From NCBI GenBank assembly GCA_010015805.1, contig ML978137.1:248001-312000 (forward strand): DNA of 64,000 bases, in the 5' to 3' direction. This document shows, piece after piece, positions 61,118-64,000 of the stretch. Position 1 is the first letter of the stretch. Each line of letters opens with the position of its first letter. The translations under genes and the position numbers were made by a program. The DNA is from Rhizodiscina lignyota (lineage: Eukaryota). The notes under the pieces were generated by a model. That model was not told the DNA's origin, made no database searches, and saw only the letters and a list, made by a program, of their open reading frames with translations.

Positions 61118-64000
61118 TTGTGGGGTATAAGGTTGGGTATCACTTTTAAAGAGCGATAAAATAAAGCGCAAATAAGAGAATCAAAGACAATTGATGTTGA
61201 GTCAGTGAGACTTCCATAAGGACAATGGTGATATAAAAGGTATTGATGAAATGTTGTGTTTCATTATGCTGCCACTACGAGTCTAGAATTTCATGCATCT
61301 CCGACGAAGGAAAAGGCCGTGCAGTTGAATTATGGATACATTGCGACGTGAGTACGCGGCATTGAGACTGCTTACCGACACGGCCGGTGAGTTCTATGGT
61401 TGCGGCTATCCACTAATGTCCCATGAATTTGCAATTGAAGCACTAACTCTCCAAGTTGTTAGAGTCGAGGATAGTGAAAGGCTGAGAGGTGTTCGTACCC
61501 AGATGTCTCGTTAGCCACAAGCCATGTCTCATTTAGGCCTAGATCGGTAATGGCACGGTGCAGTCCCACGCACTTGACGATAGAGTATTCTAGCGCTTGA
61601 TGTTAGCTGACGATGTTAGCTGGACCATGGCGCATCGCAGTACAAAAAGAGGTCCTTGCTCCCCTATCGTGAGGAGTCACTACTATCCGTATACGGTGTA
61701 TGCGCCGTGTCTGCATCTATAGTGTGTGGTTCAGGCCCAATAATCTGGATAAATGAATCTGTACGATCGCTTGTAGTGCCATAGCTGTAGCCTACAGACA
61801 ACCACACTAAGAACGCTGTGGCTTTGTGGGGTGAGTGCACGGCTTTGCTGTAACCAATACATTAATAGTCGCACAACGCTCGCCTTTCAGAACAGCGCCT
61901 CGGTCGGGTTGGCTTTGTGGAGAGGTATCCACTCTGCCTTGTAGGTTTAGAGTCCTCGTTTAGCGTATTGTCCGCCAGGCTAAGGCGAAGGTAGCTGAGT
62001 GGCATCCAGACCCTTTGAAAAACGTATTTGGAATTTTATAGTTACTGCTGTGAGGCCAGCTCGGCGGCATGCCCACTTGATGGTGAAGTATCGAACACTA
62101 GCATAAGAAGCTCAACGTTAGCACGCTACACGTCGAAACATACATCTCTGAGGAGAGAGAACAGTAGTTGTGAAAGTACGAAGGGTTTGTATTCAGGTGA
62201 GCGAGAGATCGCGGTAAAACTCCGGTGTAGCGCACGCTCGCTGAAGTGGACATTCGTCTCTTATTTTTCCATCGTACCTCTCAAGCTGGGCAACAGAATT
62301 GATCTTCGGAACCAATGATCAGTAAAGACATTTGAAGATGTGGGGGGCAACGGAAAGTCGAGAAACTGTGAATATACCCGCCTTACTTCAAATTTCCTTG
62401 TCTGAAGTGTAATAAGTATCATTCAGTTCGAGCGTTGTCGAATTCAAAGAGCGAAAGAGCACGTGAGGTTTCTTTTGATGCCAAGGTTTCGCCTTCTCCA
62501 AGACGATCAAACGTTGGCGGGATCTACACGGCAAAGGAAAGGGGTGATCCATGTTCAGCCGATGAGTTGGCAGAAGCCTTGAACGGGGGTTGCAGCGTGA
62601 CAAGCCAATCACACTGCATACAGACGATGTAGGGTTCGGATCGAGGCAAACCGCCCGACAGCCTCAGTCCAATGTAAAGACAGAAATAGCCTCCGAGCAA
62701 AACCTCACCTGCACCTGCCTGACTCTGAATCTGACAACGAAGAAGGGTCCAAGTGTGGAAGAACTTGTGTGGAAGCACGATAAAGGAGGAGGTGGGGTCT
62801 GTCGGTGTGATAGGCATGTATTGTATAGGGGACGCTGCAGTAGGACGACTGTGAGACTTCCAATGATCTTTTGATTTTCGAGAACGGCAGAAGAAGACAA
62901 TGGTATGGCAAAAGCGTTACGCAACGTGCGCTTGCCAGCATTGCAAACGGCCAATGTGCATGGGTTGGGGCAGTTGGTGCATCGTGGGCGTGATATTGTC
63001 GAGTCTGGCCACGAGGGGTGGCTCGGTGGAGACGAGAGAGCGATTGCCACAGCGTAGTCGAAGTGAAGAAGAAACTGTTCTGAAACAGACTGTGTACATG
63101 TATGTAAAAGCGGTGAAGAGAGACGAACTGGCGCACGGCGGGATCGTGACATGGGCGGCGGGTAGCCCAGTGCAACCGGCCGCGGCGCGAATCAAAGGTG
63201 AAATTGGCTCCATTGCCTCCATTGCACAGCTTCGCGCTCGCGGGACTGAGGCTCAGAAGCGACGGGTGTGTTCGACGAGCGGCCAGTCAGACGGGCGCAA
63301 AGAGGGCAGAGCGAAATCCAGGTTGCCGCTCCTGTGAGAAAGGTGGTTTGCGCAGGCTGGGGTGCCAAGCCAAGACGTGTGCCAGCATTCACAAAGTTCA
63401 ACATCAGCTCCACCAAGTATCGAGCTCGCCACTCCAAACTTCCCATCTCGCAACAACGTCGCCGTGGGCTCATTGCGCGCCCGTCATTTTCACTGCAACC
63501 ACTTGTCCTCTGGCAATTGGCAAATGACGACAGCGCACGGCGGCCGCTTTGCGTGAGGTGGCTGGTCCGATCACCCAACCTCTCTTCCACAACTCAGCCC
63601 GCAAGCAACGAGCCCGGGCCACAGATCTCTTCCAACATCTCTTCTCTCATCCCGGAGAGGATCACACCTTCTACCTCCTCATCGGATAGCGTGGGTGAGC
63701 AGCGTCGGTACCCGCCAACTCTCCACTTTCGTCGACGAACTGCTAACGCTGCCTGATTCTTGCAGCACGCTTGCAGCTCGACTGCTGTGTAACTCGAGCC
63801 TGCCCTCACGCCTGTTTACTTCTGAAAAGTCGCATCACCCTGGTTCGACCGTCAAAGCGTCGAGCTCTTCTCGCAAACAACAGACGCTCGTCTAAGCTGC
63901 CTCTCATGTCTCGAGTGGCACAGCGAGCGTAGAGAGCTTCACGATGGGGGTGGGTGACCGACGACCTCCTCCTCTACCAGCCCCAACGGAAACATCATCC

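Noticed and set aside
62400..64000. Many overlapping 60-160 aa ORFs at the window end
   Set aside because: No coherent frame or domain. They are more likely promoter/5' UTR sequence of a gene beyond the window.

Overview
Eukaryotic DNA from a filamentous ascomycete: short GT-AG introns with CTRAC/CTAAY branch sites, and a Pezizomycotina-type gene set (possibly a dothideomycete). About 24 protein genes can be modelled. Conserved genes include a FYVE-RING E3, NatB catalytic subunit Nat3, a ZNF207/BuGZ-like zinc finger, U2AF35, HMG-CoA reductase, a GIG1/DUF3605 protein and a LicD/Mnn4-like protein. A putative catabolic group comprises an FAD monooxygenase, an MFS anion transporter, and a divergent thiolase-like/acyl-CoA ligase pair. 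Also present are secreted proteins, a P450, an intronless bacterial-type flavoprotein disulfide reductase and an extended SDR. Highlights not explained by the ORF track: (1) a tandem array at 51.3-55.9 kb of four co-oriented, highly diverged paralogs that share an N-terminal Par3/HAL-N-terminal-like ubiquitin-fold domain on its own phase-0 exon, each fused to a different tail; (2) two U2 snRNA-derived sequences at 7.3 and 8.1 kb, the second nearly full length, 3'-truncated and flanked by a 21-29 bp direct repeat, as expected of a retrocopy; (3) a spliced 84-aa secreted 8-cysteine peptide gene at 40.2 kb; (4) a secreted His1 LPMO-like protein. Exon boundaries were read by eye and family calls come from motif recognition, not database searches.
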